A stretch of 64,000 nt of DNA. Origin: Marsupella aquatica (Eukaryota; Plantae; Marchantiophyta). Positions 1 through 11,717 of the stretch are shown in pieces. The DNA is taken from positions 13,821,580 through 13,885,579 of the forward strand of contig OZ316894.1 in NCBI GenBank assembly GCA_973895155.1, written 5' to 3'. A program made the position numbers and the translations under genes. The stretch's first letter is position 1; each line of letters opens with the position of its first letter. The notes under the pieces were generated by a model. The model was given only the letters and a program-made list of their open reading frames with translations, searched no databases and had not been told where the DNA came from.

Positions 1-2944
1 CACACCAGTAATGCACAAGTTCCAACAGTTGTGCCTAGGCACAGTAAGTTGACTACAGCTACCAAACAAGGTAGTAGAAAGCGATCTCTTACTTTTTCAG
101 GCGATAATGAAGGTAAAATTCTCTATCATGTATACACTATCCATTCAATGTAATTATTGTGATGTGTCTATGTCATTGCATGTTTATAATGTTCTTGCAT
201 GTATTAAGTGTGATCATATGTTGCTAGTGTATACATGTTGCTAGTGTATACATGTTTGTATACACGTACTCTCCTAACGTGACAAGACTTCTTCTAGATC
301 ATTCTCTGTAACAAAATTTATTCGTTTGAAGTAAAAGACTGAAATCATTTGATGGCAAATTCTCCCCTTACTTAATCAAACCTCGCTTGGGGTGGACAGT
401 GGGGTATAATGAAGTAAGACATTCCCACTGTTGAGCAATCTCTTTGAGATAGTAAAATTTCTTAGGTCTTTCTGAACGAGGACTTTTCCAGCACACTAAA
501 AAAAGATTGGCAAAACATCAGGCTGACTTTCATGGTCAGACACTGCCAATAAAGTTTTGAACACAACAAACACAGCAAACATTTCCAATAGAATTTTTGG
601 GTAAAAGGGTGCAGCATCCTGATTTTCCTAAACTCCATGAATTTACTAGCAGATTCTTATGTTCAATTAGGCAGCATTAAACAGACCAGCCTTCCACTCA
701 GGCAGAAACAATCCTAGCCCACTCAAGCATTAAATAGGGTCGAGCCAAAAACTTTTGGCATCAATTTCTGAAACACCAAAAATGCCAATGCTAACACGAT
801 GAAATACTAGAAGAGATAGAAAAAGATACAGTAGCATTTGAGGCAATAATTGCCAGATGACAAAAAGAGAAGACAATAACTTATGAAAACTGAACACAGC
901 AGACACAAAAAATTGATGCTAAGGAGGAATTGAAAGAAAAGTGCCTTCAAACCTACTCTAGTGAGTTGCGATTCATGAATTGACAAATCAAAGGAGTGAG
1001 CACTCCAAAAGACTAATAGTTAGCATCGACAGCACCGATGCCACTACAGACATGCCCTGCCTGATACAAGGAGTAGAACCATATTGGGAGATACTACAGG
1101 GTATATATTGATCAGAACGATGATTGAGTTGCTAAGGAAGGGAGATCCTCAGACACAAAAGCAATCAGCAGACAAATTGTCGCTTGGCAATCATACATCA
1201 ATAGCAGTCAGAAAGGAACACTATCATTTGGAGCTTTATTTTCTTTTTGCAATTATAAGCTTGAGGTGTATGGTGTTCAATGATTCTGCAAGGCGGTCCT
1301 CGCTTGCCTCGAATAGTTTTTTGAAATGACAATCAAACAATTGATAGGACGAGGCTGCTCCTACCATCGCGGAGCAAGCACAGGCCACGAAGGAGAGCGC
1401 CAAGGGGCAGGCTGAGTCTACGAAGGTGACCGCAATGGACAAGGTTGCTCCCATGATCAAGGAAAAGATCAGGGCCGCGATGGAAGCAGGCAAGAAAGAG
1501 GCTGCATAGTTGGGGGAGACCGTCCAGTCATGGAGGGAATGGGCGATGAAGTATGTATTGATCTGAATCTGGCTTCCAAAGTGTATGCAAACATTGCTTA
1601 TGAGAGTTCCGGATACAAAGATATAGTAAGGATGGTAGTTCTTATCTAGATAAGAACATATGGTGATGTTGGTCGGGGTGATTTGGACTCATGATATATC
1701 TAGTGAGCTGGAGGTGTTTACAAAAGGCAGTAAATTAACAGCAAACAGAAAACTATAACAGGAACTGGAACTGGTAACAGCAAAATGTCCTGTTTTGGGA
1801 GCACATTTCTCCTGGTATTGTGGCAAAATTTAAAAAATCCGTTCCTAAAATACTGATAATTATGCGATGCCGAATACTAGCGCCGGGAGTCTACAGGCAA
1901 AACAATCACAAACGCATCATGCCGAATACTAGCGCCGGGCGTTCAAACCCAAAATAATGAAACATTAATCGCCCAAACGTGCCGAATACTAGAGCCGGCC
2001 GCTTCTAATGCTTTGTGGAGAAAATCACGAGAACGTAGGATTGATGTTCAGGCTGAGATCCAAGTAGAAACCAAACATTACTAATAGTCTAAGTTCAATA
2101 TCAAAGCACAAAAGTAGGACTTAACCAGGGTATCTGAGTCATAACTTCTAACGGGAAATTGAAAGAAAAGAAACCCAAGCTTTTTTATTTAAGTGAAACA
2201 TATTGTCCTCGATGTACAAATATTGCTACATAGGAACACTAAAGTTGCCAGTGCAATTGTAACTAGCGCCAGGCGCTAATACTCCCGGTGGGTGCTTCCT
2301 CGTACAATGTCCTAGCTCGAAGAGTGATAGTCATCATCAATCCCAACGTCCTGACGATCTGGATCTTGGCGGAAACCATCTAATCGGAAGTTGACATATG
2401 CTCTCGTGGGCTGTCGATACACTGGCCTTCCATGGAATCGAGAAGGAGAAGAACGAGAGCAATGGACTTTGAAAGAAACAATAGTATGTTTATAAGGGGC
2501 TTGGATTTCCCGTTATTGGTCCTCTTGACGGTACCAGTCGCCGACTGAAAGCCAAATGACACTATGGCGGAAACGATAAATATCAAACGGAAACTTCCAA
2601 CGTGTTTTTTGGGGAGCGTTGGGCGCTAGTTAAACAAGGAGAGGAACCCACGCAAAGGACGTTACTAAAGACCACATTAACCATTGAATGGAAGGGGCAA
2701 CCTCCATCAAACTCAATTCATATTTAATAAATTCAATAGCGCCCGGCGCTAACAAAAACCAAGGGCATACTCATACAGTTGGGAGGAAGTTTGACCTGAT
2801 AGAGGAGAAAATTGCTACCTTCAGTGTCATATTCTGAGCTCTCATTCTAGGAGCTATGAGATCTGTCGGTCGACTCTGCCTCATCATCAATATACTTGCT
2901 TCTAGAAACATCATCTACGTAGGGGTTCCTCATGAACTTCCTGT

Positions 2945-5900
2945 CTACTCCCCTAAGAAGCCTAAGTCCTTTGTTTCCCAGCAGAGCGTTCTAAATTTCT
3001 CTACCTTCCTCATGACGTTCTCAGCGTATGATGGCAACACAAACGGCTTCTCGGGAGTGATGATTACATTTCGAGCCACTTTCCTCCGGAGTTGAAACCG
3101 TTTTCTTTGGTTCCATTCTGACCTGCTCAAAAGAGAAGCGGAAAAGAAAGAGGAAGTAAGTACTTAACAGATAGAACCAGTGGAATTGATGGTTAGCCAA
3201 CAATTGAAAGGATAAAGGAGCTTACGAGAGACAAAAATTACTCGGAAGACTCTTCGCTGTCCTCCGTTGACCCATCATGTCGGGTTTCCTCTTTCCCGCC
3301 GTCATTGACATCCTCAGGAACATCATCTTCTGGCGTCCCATCATCTTTGTCCGAATCAAAGTTGAGGACAGATCTAAGTCTATCTTTCTTTTTTCGTCTG
3401 GTTATTTGAGGAGGGGGAGGTTGTGTCTCCAAAGGTTTGGGAGAAATGAGATCCAAAAAAATCCTCGAAGCGGTCTCAACAAACTCCTGACGATTTTCTA
3501 ACCCGATGACAAAACGGCCCGAGTAATCCCCAGCAATGAATGTACTACCTGAGCCGATGGTCCAATCAATTACAATATCCTTAGGTATCGTAAAGAGTTC
3601 AAGGACAGTTTGCATAAAACCAACCGGTAGTCGGGAATTCCCAGTAAAATGGAGTTCAGGACAATGATCTTCCTTCAAAGATTGTAGCCCAATAAGGTTT
3701 GAGATTGAAGGATCTTCACCGCTAGATAACGGCTTGAATCTTGGATCCTTTGGGACCTTTCTTTTAAAAGAAACTTGACAAAATATATCCAGTCTAAGAG
3801 TGAAGACCTGCAAAAGTTGACAAACCAACTGGATTCTAAAAATCTCTTATTCATGAGAGAAGACCTACTAAGAAAGAAAGAGTAGCGTCGGGCGCTAGTA
3901 TAGCTCTACTCAGAGAGAACATTTACCTGGACATCTGTCTTGGATCTGTACATTGGGACAGACATGAAAACATTATGTGTATTGATGCACATGAACTTCT
4001 TGGATTGCTGACATGCAGAAATGACCTGGGAAATCTGATCGTGGTCATCCGAGTATAAGATAGCGAGCATGCCGTCATCAGAAAGGAAAGGGTCCATCGC
4101 CCGAAAAAATGATTCGGCTGCTGTGTGATCTGTGACATTCCATTTTGGGACCCGACGATCAACAATTGTGGGTTTCAAACCAGTTGGGAGATAGATGAAA
4201 CCCGCATTCACCCCAAATGATTGTTCCTTCCCACCTCGAATGATTCCTTTATCTCTACACCCCGATTTGATCAAATCGTTACCCCACTTCTCAGCGTCTG
4301 AGACCCAATCTGGCTTCTCTTCCTTACTAAATGCACTATCAATGAATTCTGCCAAGCTTGATTCGACCATACAGTGTCTTTCGAGTTTAGTCTTGAAAGT
4401 CCCCACATCCTGTTGGATACCGGCCCCAGAAGCATTATCTCGCGACAATTCCCAGGCATCGATGGTCCTTTTCTTCTTCTTCTTCTTCTTTGTGCTTGTA
4501 GCATCCACAGGAACTATAACCTTTCCCTTCTCAACGGGGGTGATGGGGTCTGGATTGGCACCAATGTTGGCCTCAGAGACTTCTGGTGTTGCATCGACTT
4601 TTGTGTCATCCGTGGCGGCATCAGATTTTCGACCACCTACCAAAAAACGGTGTCAAGCACAGAAAGAGTGTTAGCGCCAGGCGCTGACCAAACACCCACA
4701 TTAATTTTGGGAAATAAGACACATTAAACTTACGACACATGATCGCGCCAGGCGCTAACAAAGAAGGAAGTCGGAAGAAGGAGGTGTAGCTTACATTTTT
4801 TCCCAGACTTGGCACTAGCACTTGCCATAGGGGCATCCGCCTTGGCTTTGGCTCTTGGTTTTTGGCTTCGATCAACATGAACCACTGTGGTTTCAAATTT
4901 TTTTTGCAACTTAGTTGTCGACGAGTTGACGTCCCCCTCAATTCCTTGCTTCATGTCGGAGACAAATTGTCTCGGAACTTGAGATTTAGACAGTTTATGG
5001 AAAGCATCCTTCTTAGTGTCGTCAAAAGGAGAATCCCATCTGTCGGTGTCAAGGTACCAAGGGCAGTGAATTCTCTCCCACTCGGACAATTTCCTCGGTG
5101 GAAGTATACCCTCAGCGGGATACATCGAATACAGTTCGGCCAAAATGTCTCCATCTGCGCAGATGACCCAATTCTAGAAAGCAGCTGGGTAAGCCCAAAA
5201 ATAGTTAGGCTTCACAATCTCCATGTGCATGAAGAAACAATAGACATATCGTTTCGCTCGCTTTTGATTCTTGAGTGTGTAGTCTTCCTTGTCCGGGTAC
5301 TTGGACATCCACATCGTATTGAAAAACTTACCTTTCACTGCATCCCCAAATTTTTTGAAATCATTGCACACTATTTCAACGAGTGAATCATAAGACTCAC
5401 ACTTCCATTCCTCCAATCGATTGGAAGGAATTATTTCACTGATTTGTTGGAGGGCAGTCTGCAGCATACCAATGGCAATTCCCTCCACGCTATTCCAAGT
5501 TTGCCAAGTGTGGCACCACTGCTTCACAGGGTCATCGCTAATGCTTTGTGGATGAAAGAACTGCTTCCTGAGCTCTGGCGTGCAATGCGCTACTTGCTCC
5601 TCAATTTGGGGTCGAGGGCGGAGACTGCTATAAATAACCTGGCACGATCCATGGTACAGACAACCACATCCGGTTTCTTCTCGCGTTTGTTCACCTCTGT
5701 CATCGGATACATCTTAGCACAGGTTGTCATGAAGTCTTCAAACTCAGGACTCAACAAGGGAGTGATCTTTGAGACCTTGATCGCCCAATCCTTTGTTGCT
5801 TCTTTCATCATGATCGCATGTTGTTTGGATGTCTCTTCCTGAGACCAAGGATTTCCCTGAGCGGTAGCCGACTCCATGTCCATCTTGAATTGTCGAGAAT

Positions 5901-6956
5901 AGGATTTAATCTTATTCTCGCATAAGATATACAGAAGTGCTTCTTGAGGCATTTTCTTGGAATACCACGATGCTTTTGAGTCTTCTACATCACCTGCCCA
6001 AACTTCTTGAAGTTTGCCCCATCGATGATTGATTTGTAGTATTCTAGATCGTTGGACAAAATCCTCTTAATTCGGTCTGCATCAAGTATCCAGGAAGGTT
6101 CCACCACGGCCTGTCCAAGTCTACAGAAGAATTTGTCAGTCAATAGCGCTAGTAAAAACTACACTATAAAAGATAAGGATAGGTGAAATTCAAAGAGAGA
6201 CTTACTGGTTCACAGTATGCATAGCCGCCTCAATTTCAATCAAAGATCCCTTTTCACCCTTGAAGATAGTACATTGCACACGCGGGTGATACTTGCTATC
6301 TTCCGGATTTTCTTTCGTAATGATCGACCATGCGTAAAGTCGACGGTTACCGTCAAAAATGTAAAACATCTTATCTTGTAACACCATGAAGTCTGGATCG
6401 GCCGCACATTCAGCTTCAAACTTCTCATTCTCGGCCACCCACACCGGGTCCCAGGTCACTCAAATTTTTGGAGTACACGTCTGGACATTCCCATTCGAAT
6501 CTGTCGGCTGGACATAGAACAACATTCCGATTTTTGAGTTGTATCCTGTGCTACGAAAAGAGTCCTTCAACTTTTCAATTGAAGGACTTCCCTTCTGTAA
6601 GGTGCGGACAACTTCCATGTGAACCAAGCGGCACATTGGAATCCTTGGGGGGTCTTTGTCGTGTCCTTGCCAAACACCATAACGTGCTTGGAGATAACGT
6701 CGGACATCGTCAGTGATAGTTCTCCTCGATCTTCCACAGCGTATGTGTCAAGATTGTCCATCTTTGCTCTCCTGCTCTTCGGAAATGTGACTACCGCGAT
6801 TGTTTCAGGATCTTGGGATGTTGTAGACCGTGTCACACGACGACTGTAAACAGATCCAGAAAACAAGCACTCAGATGTCTGGGAATGGATCTGCTCTCTC
6901 TGCCTGTTAGCACTATACCCATGCGAGGTGGTGGGGAGAGGGTCCATGTTTCGCAT
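2945..6956 (-). pseudogene. Spliced ParB/Srx-like + beta-class DNA (N4C/N6A) methyltransferase-like gene (disrupted)
   Basis: ParB-like segment VRTLQKGSPSIEKLKDSFRSTGY...FYIFDGNRRLYAW (~6620-6205). MTase-like segments FLSDDGMLAILY and PVGFMQTVLELFTIPKDIVIDWTIGSGSTFIAGDYSGRFVIGLE (3238-3828 ORF). GT-AG introns at ~6205-6121, 4794-4637 and 3926-3808; the last two join the flanking ORFs in frame. In-frame stops at ~6460 and 5174 plus frameshifts. The 3' end is uncertain. Confidence 0.7.
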
Positions 6957-7928
6957 ACACGAAGTGCTTCACGATCACGATGAGTACCTCATTCATACCG
7001 TACTTCTTCTAGAGAATTCTTGCACGAAGAACCTCCAAAACGGAACCTAAATACAGCGGACAAGGGAGGTGGGGAGAGTATCATCTCTAAACTATCCCCT
7101 CGCTACATTGATATCTATTTACAACATTCTCTTGAGCGCCACTTGTCAATTTTGGATTAGTTGTTAGAATACCGTTGGCATATCTTCAACGTTACGTGAC
7201 CTAACGTTACCATTGAATATGACCGTTAACGAAGAGTTCGGTGATTTTAATCTATATTCCTAGGTCAAATCTGATATTGGTCAATGGTAGCGCCTGACGC
7301 TACCCAAAACGATCAATATTTAAACCCTAAATTTTCCCTAAGTTAGGCCAACATTGACCCTGAAGTATAAAATAAAAAACAAAATGAATACAATTTTTGA
7401 ATATTTTTCCTTAAATGAATGTCATGATTACCTTTTCAGATTAGCGCCCGGCGCTAATATTAAATGGGCACATTTTGGTAAAATTTTAGATAATATTTGG
7501 ATAATAGCTACATACATTAGGATTTATTCTGAAACCCCGGATAAAATATTCCAGTTTTCTACCACAATTTAGGGTGTGGGTTTGAGTAGCGCATGGCGCT
7601 AAACATATATTGCACCATTTTGGGTCCATGTTGGAGTGAGGATGTTTGAGTAGCGCCCGACGCTACTCAATTAAGATGATTTAATAAACATGATTATGCT
7701 CTTCAGAAACGAACATCTTAGGCTCATTAGTGTAAATGTTGTTGACATAACGACAAAAAACATTTATTGTGTCAGATGTGCTTTCGACCGGTAGTGATTC
7801 TATCGTATTCTAACGGCTTTGACAAACGGATTATTGACTATGAATACCATTGTGTGCATTCGAAGAGTGCATTCGAAGACTTCATTCATTATTGTGAACT
7901 GAGTGTTTTTGGGTTGGATGATCTTACA
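6957..7928. promoter_or_regulatory. Putative bidirectional promoter between the ParB-MTase-like gene and the transposase
   Basis: AT-rich ~1-kb gap between head-to-head genes. Holds four palindrome copies (7288, 7442, 7587, 7651). Confidence 0.5.
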
Positions 7929-10900
7929 ATGTCGAGGTCAATTGTTCTGACGCGTCCGTCTACCAGTGACCTTGTATCCATTCCATTGTCGGCCAATGAC
8001 GTATACAAGCAAGTTAGTGAGAATTATCTCTTTGGGCGCTTTGGTTTGGATTTGAATGACATTGAGGACATTTTGGAGGAGGGAAACGGAGACGAAGCCT
8101 CTAATTTCACTACTTCTTTTGATGTTGATGACGGGATTCGTTTTTGGCACCTGAATGCAGGAATTCGGTATTCCATTGTCATTCAAAAACCAGTCGCATC
8201 CGATCTCCCATCTTCATCCAAACCCTTTGTTGATGTTGTCTTGCTTTCAGATAGCGACGATGGTGGACCTTCTGGTTTGCCTGAGTCTAGTGCTAAACCC
8301 CCTCACACAGTTGTTAAACAGGAGGTTACCCCTGTTAAACAGGAGGTTACAGCAGTTTTTACCAAAAATTCCATTGTGTATCGGAGAAGTGCAACGGATA
8401 CCATTCTCAAGTCAACTGGTTCCAGTGAAATCTCGAGGTTCATCACGGCTGGGGACTTCTGCCATGAACAAGTCGGCTGTTTGCCAAAGAAATACAATGG
8501 AAATATTGTATTCGAGTTGCCTCCTGCGGGAGCTCTTTCAAAGGGGTCACGTCTACGCTACATCTGGACCAGAATATTTCCTACATTAGCTAATGTTCAT
8601 CCCAAGAAATATTGGGAATTTGGTAAAGTAACGTGCACTGGTTCCATTGAGTGTAGGAATAATACTTGCGACTATTTTTGACGGAAGAAAAAGAGGAACC
8701 AGAAGGCCTGGGGTAGAACCCCCAAACTTGGCGGGCAACATTGTGTTGCCTCCTTCATTGATGAAGGTGGAGTTGTTTGCCAATTTTGTGATCAAGTTCC
8801 GTTTTGTGTCCAATCCTGTCCAGCAAGGTTATTTTACATGTACCCCCAGGTTCTAGTTGACTCAGAAACCTGTACTCACATGTCCCGCTTGGCAATTCAT
8901 ATGGGGATGCACAACCATCCTTCAAGAAAGGTGTTTTCTCGGAGCGCAGAGAAGATTGTTGAGGAGGTTATCAAAAAGAAATTGGAAGGAAATCCAATTT
9001 TCACCCCTGCTGGTGTAAAAAATGTGGTGACAGGGTCCTTTGTAAAGTCCTTGTGTGAAAGTGTGGAAGATATTCAAGATATTGAAGAAACCGAGATATT
9101 TGAGTCTCTCATGGTAGTTTCCACACCCCAGAAGTTTGCGTCCCTCTTTCGTAGTGTTAGACAGGACCAGAAAGGTCGAGGTGAACTTGATTTTCTTGTT
9201 CGCTATCAAAGAAATATCAACATGCCATTCCTCCAAAGGTACCTCCTACCAGGTCAAGGGTCTGAAGAAGACCGTCCTCACATATTCAAGATGACTTCGA
9301 TCGGCCATGGATCAGGCGTCAATCTTTTGAGACAAATGCAACCTGGTGGAAGTCTAGAAGGTTCTTGGGTAAGTTTTGATGTGATGAAACGACTCACAAA
9401 AGACTGGGTTACTTTTAGTGCGCATATTTACGATCACAACTATTGCGCTCTGTGTACCTTATTTACCTGCAAACTAAAAGCAGAGGATACAGAGTCGTTC
9501 GAGAAGGCTTGGAGACTAATGATTGAGGTGTCCAAGGAGAATGGATTAGAAAATCCGATTATTCATGGATTCATGGTGGGCAATGCTCAAGCTGGTTGAA
9601 TTGGCTGGCAGTCCGAAATGTCTTTTTTGGAGGGCATCCAAACCCTGAGTGTGAGCGAACTGACGCATTCCATTTCTACCAAGCCTTCCATCGCCATTCA
9701 GTTGAAGGAGTGATTGAAGAGAGTCAAGGAGAGCATCGGAGGCTTTGGGATAAGATGCAAAATGCCCCCACGTTTGTAGAGGCTTACAGAATTTCAAGGG
9801 AGATTGATTTGTGGTGGCAGTCGGGTAACTGTGTCCCGGGGAAGCTTCGGATGCTCCAGAGTTGGATTTCATGGTGGGTCGTTAGGTGGAGGCAATGGGG
9901 AAATTTTATTCGTTTGGTAAGTTAGTTTACTTTGCTTTCCGCTCTTTAGGTATTACTGTGCTATATTCTCATTACAAAATGTTTGTATCCATATTCAAAT
10001 ATTACAATACCATAGCATCCTTTAATACTAGCGCCTGGCGCTATCATTTATTCAAACTGTCATATGACACAATACGACGCAATAAGTTGTCCCTTAATGG
10101 ACAGTGCCAGTTTTTACTTCTAGGTACAGACTCCACTTCACTAGTGCCCGATGCTAGTGTTTTCTTGTTGCGTAACAGACAATTTATTCTATGTAATTGC
10201 AGAACAAGAGTGTCAAAGAAGGGGCTAAGATTCCTAATTGTACAAGATCAGAGTCCGTGCACGCAGGTATGAAAGCATGGGTAATGAAGAAAAAGGTTGG
10301 CCTCTTTGAGGCATGTGAAATGGACCAAAATCAAGCTATTTCTCAGGTTGCTGCTTACACTGCGTATCGGAAAGGGTTGCATAGAGGAAAAGGTCCCACA
10401 ATTTGGGAACTCGCTTTCCAATCAGCGGACCAGGCAGGCTCCCCCAAGTTGTATGAAGATGCAATGAATATGCTACTGTCCAACGCTGCCGAGTTTGACT
10501 TGGAGAGACGTGCACCTCTCAATGGAGACGTTGTCACCAAATCTTTGAAGAGGAAAGGACATGCATCTGGGAATATCTCGCCACAAGACTCCCATAGGCA
10601 TGATAAAATCCTTGTCACCTTGCCCAATACTAGATCGATGAAAAGGAAGAATCTTAATCGCACGACGTTTGATGCTATCCCTGGCCCCACGCCTCAAGTT
10701 AATCCTGTTGTTAATCTGTCTGGAAGTGACATTTTGGGCGGTGGAGAAGATGTCGATTTCAATACCCCTCCTGCTCAAGACCAAACGCGTTCAACGAGGC
10801 TTCCCCAGACTGCTCCCTCCGTGCTTCAGCAACTGTTACAAGAGTGTCCTATCCGTGAGACCGAGGTTGCTCCAGCTGCATGGCAATTACGTCGAACTTC

Positions 10901-11717
10901 AAAATTTGGCGCTGGTCCTCAAGTGCAACGGATCATTTTCCCGTAATTCTGAAAGAGACGAGTGTCGCAATCGCATGAAAAAAGTTGGATTTCCCTCACC
11001 ACATGGTGTTATCAGCGTTGTTGTCAAAGGACAACGCATTTTCAGGGGGGAACCCATAACCGAAATGATTTGGTTTTGCCCACACAATACATGTTATAGA
11101 AGCCGCCCGCGTCGAGGTGTATTGAACCTGCCCCCTTTCCCTGATGTTCTTCCCGTTTTGTTTCGGAAGACGAGCTGCAATATCTTCTTGACAACGGAAT
11201 CTCCCTAGTGCGCGGAAATGAACGTACAACTACACCCCCGTCAGATTTTGATCTTCGAATCAATGTCAATATCTTTCTAGAACATGTGAATCTTCTCGAA
11301 CCCAATGTTCGTCTCCAAAGCCGGAATGGGAGGAATACGGTTCCTCGGTCAAATCTTACCCAGGGTCACATGAACAAAATTGCGTCTGCAAAAAAAGAGA
11401 CGATGTCCATTCAGGGAGAGTGGGATGTTGCGATTGGGAATGCATGGGGAAAGCAGTTTAAGGTGCAAACACACAAAAATATGCGGACGCCAAATTGTTA
11501 CTTTGTTCAAATTTGCATTTTCCCCACTTGCTCGTGTGAGGATTTCTACCGGCGACATTCTCGGAAACATCCATATATGCCTTGCAAACGTTTGTATTGG
11601 ATTTTCCTTACCGTTTTCAAACTAGATGTTGAGGAATCTACATTGACCAGCCAACCAATTCTCACTGTTGGAGAGGTCCGGCTCATATTAGAGAGGCAAA
11701 ATGCTCATGGTTTATAG
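7929..11717 (+). pseudogene. MULE-type DDE transposase with N-terminal GCM-like Zn domain and C-terminal SWIM finger (disrupted)
   Basis: Joined from ORFs 7767-8681, 8838-9599, 9596-9925, 10197-10946, 10669-11208 and 11208-11717. Motifs: CTGSIECRNNTC...CQFC...CPAR...HMGMHNHP; VSFD...GFMVGNAQA...AFHFYQA...ESVHA; SWIM-like PTCSCEDF...PCKRLYW. In-frame TGA at 8679, frameshifts near 9597, 10920 and 11208, and a GT-AG intron at ~9917-10202. Confidence 0.8.

Noticed and set aside
1-1700. Possible LTR/PPT (TCTCCCCTTA at ~361) and short ORFs
   Set aside because: No TG...CA boundary or coding support could be established; left unassigned, probably CACTA interior.
2945-6956. Bacterial contamination or prophage as the source of the ParB-MTase gene
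   Set aside because: The gene has GT-AG introns and a lysine-run NLS, and lies within TSD-bounded plant transposon sequence.
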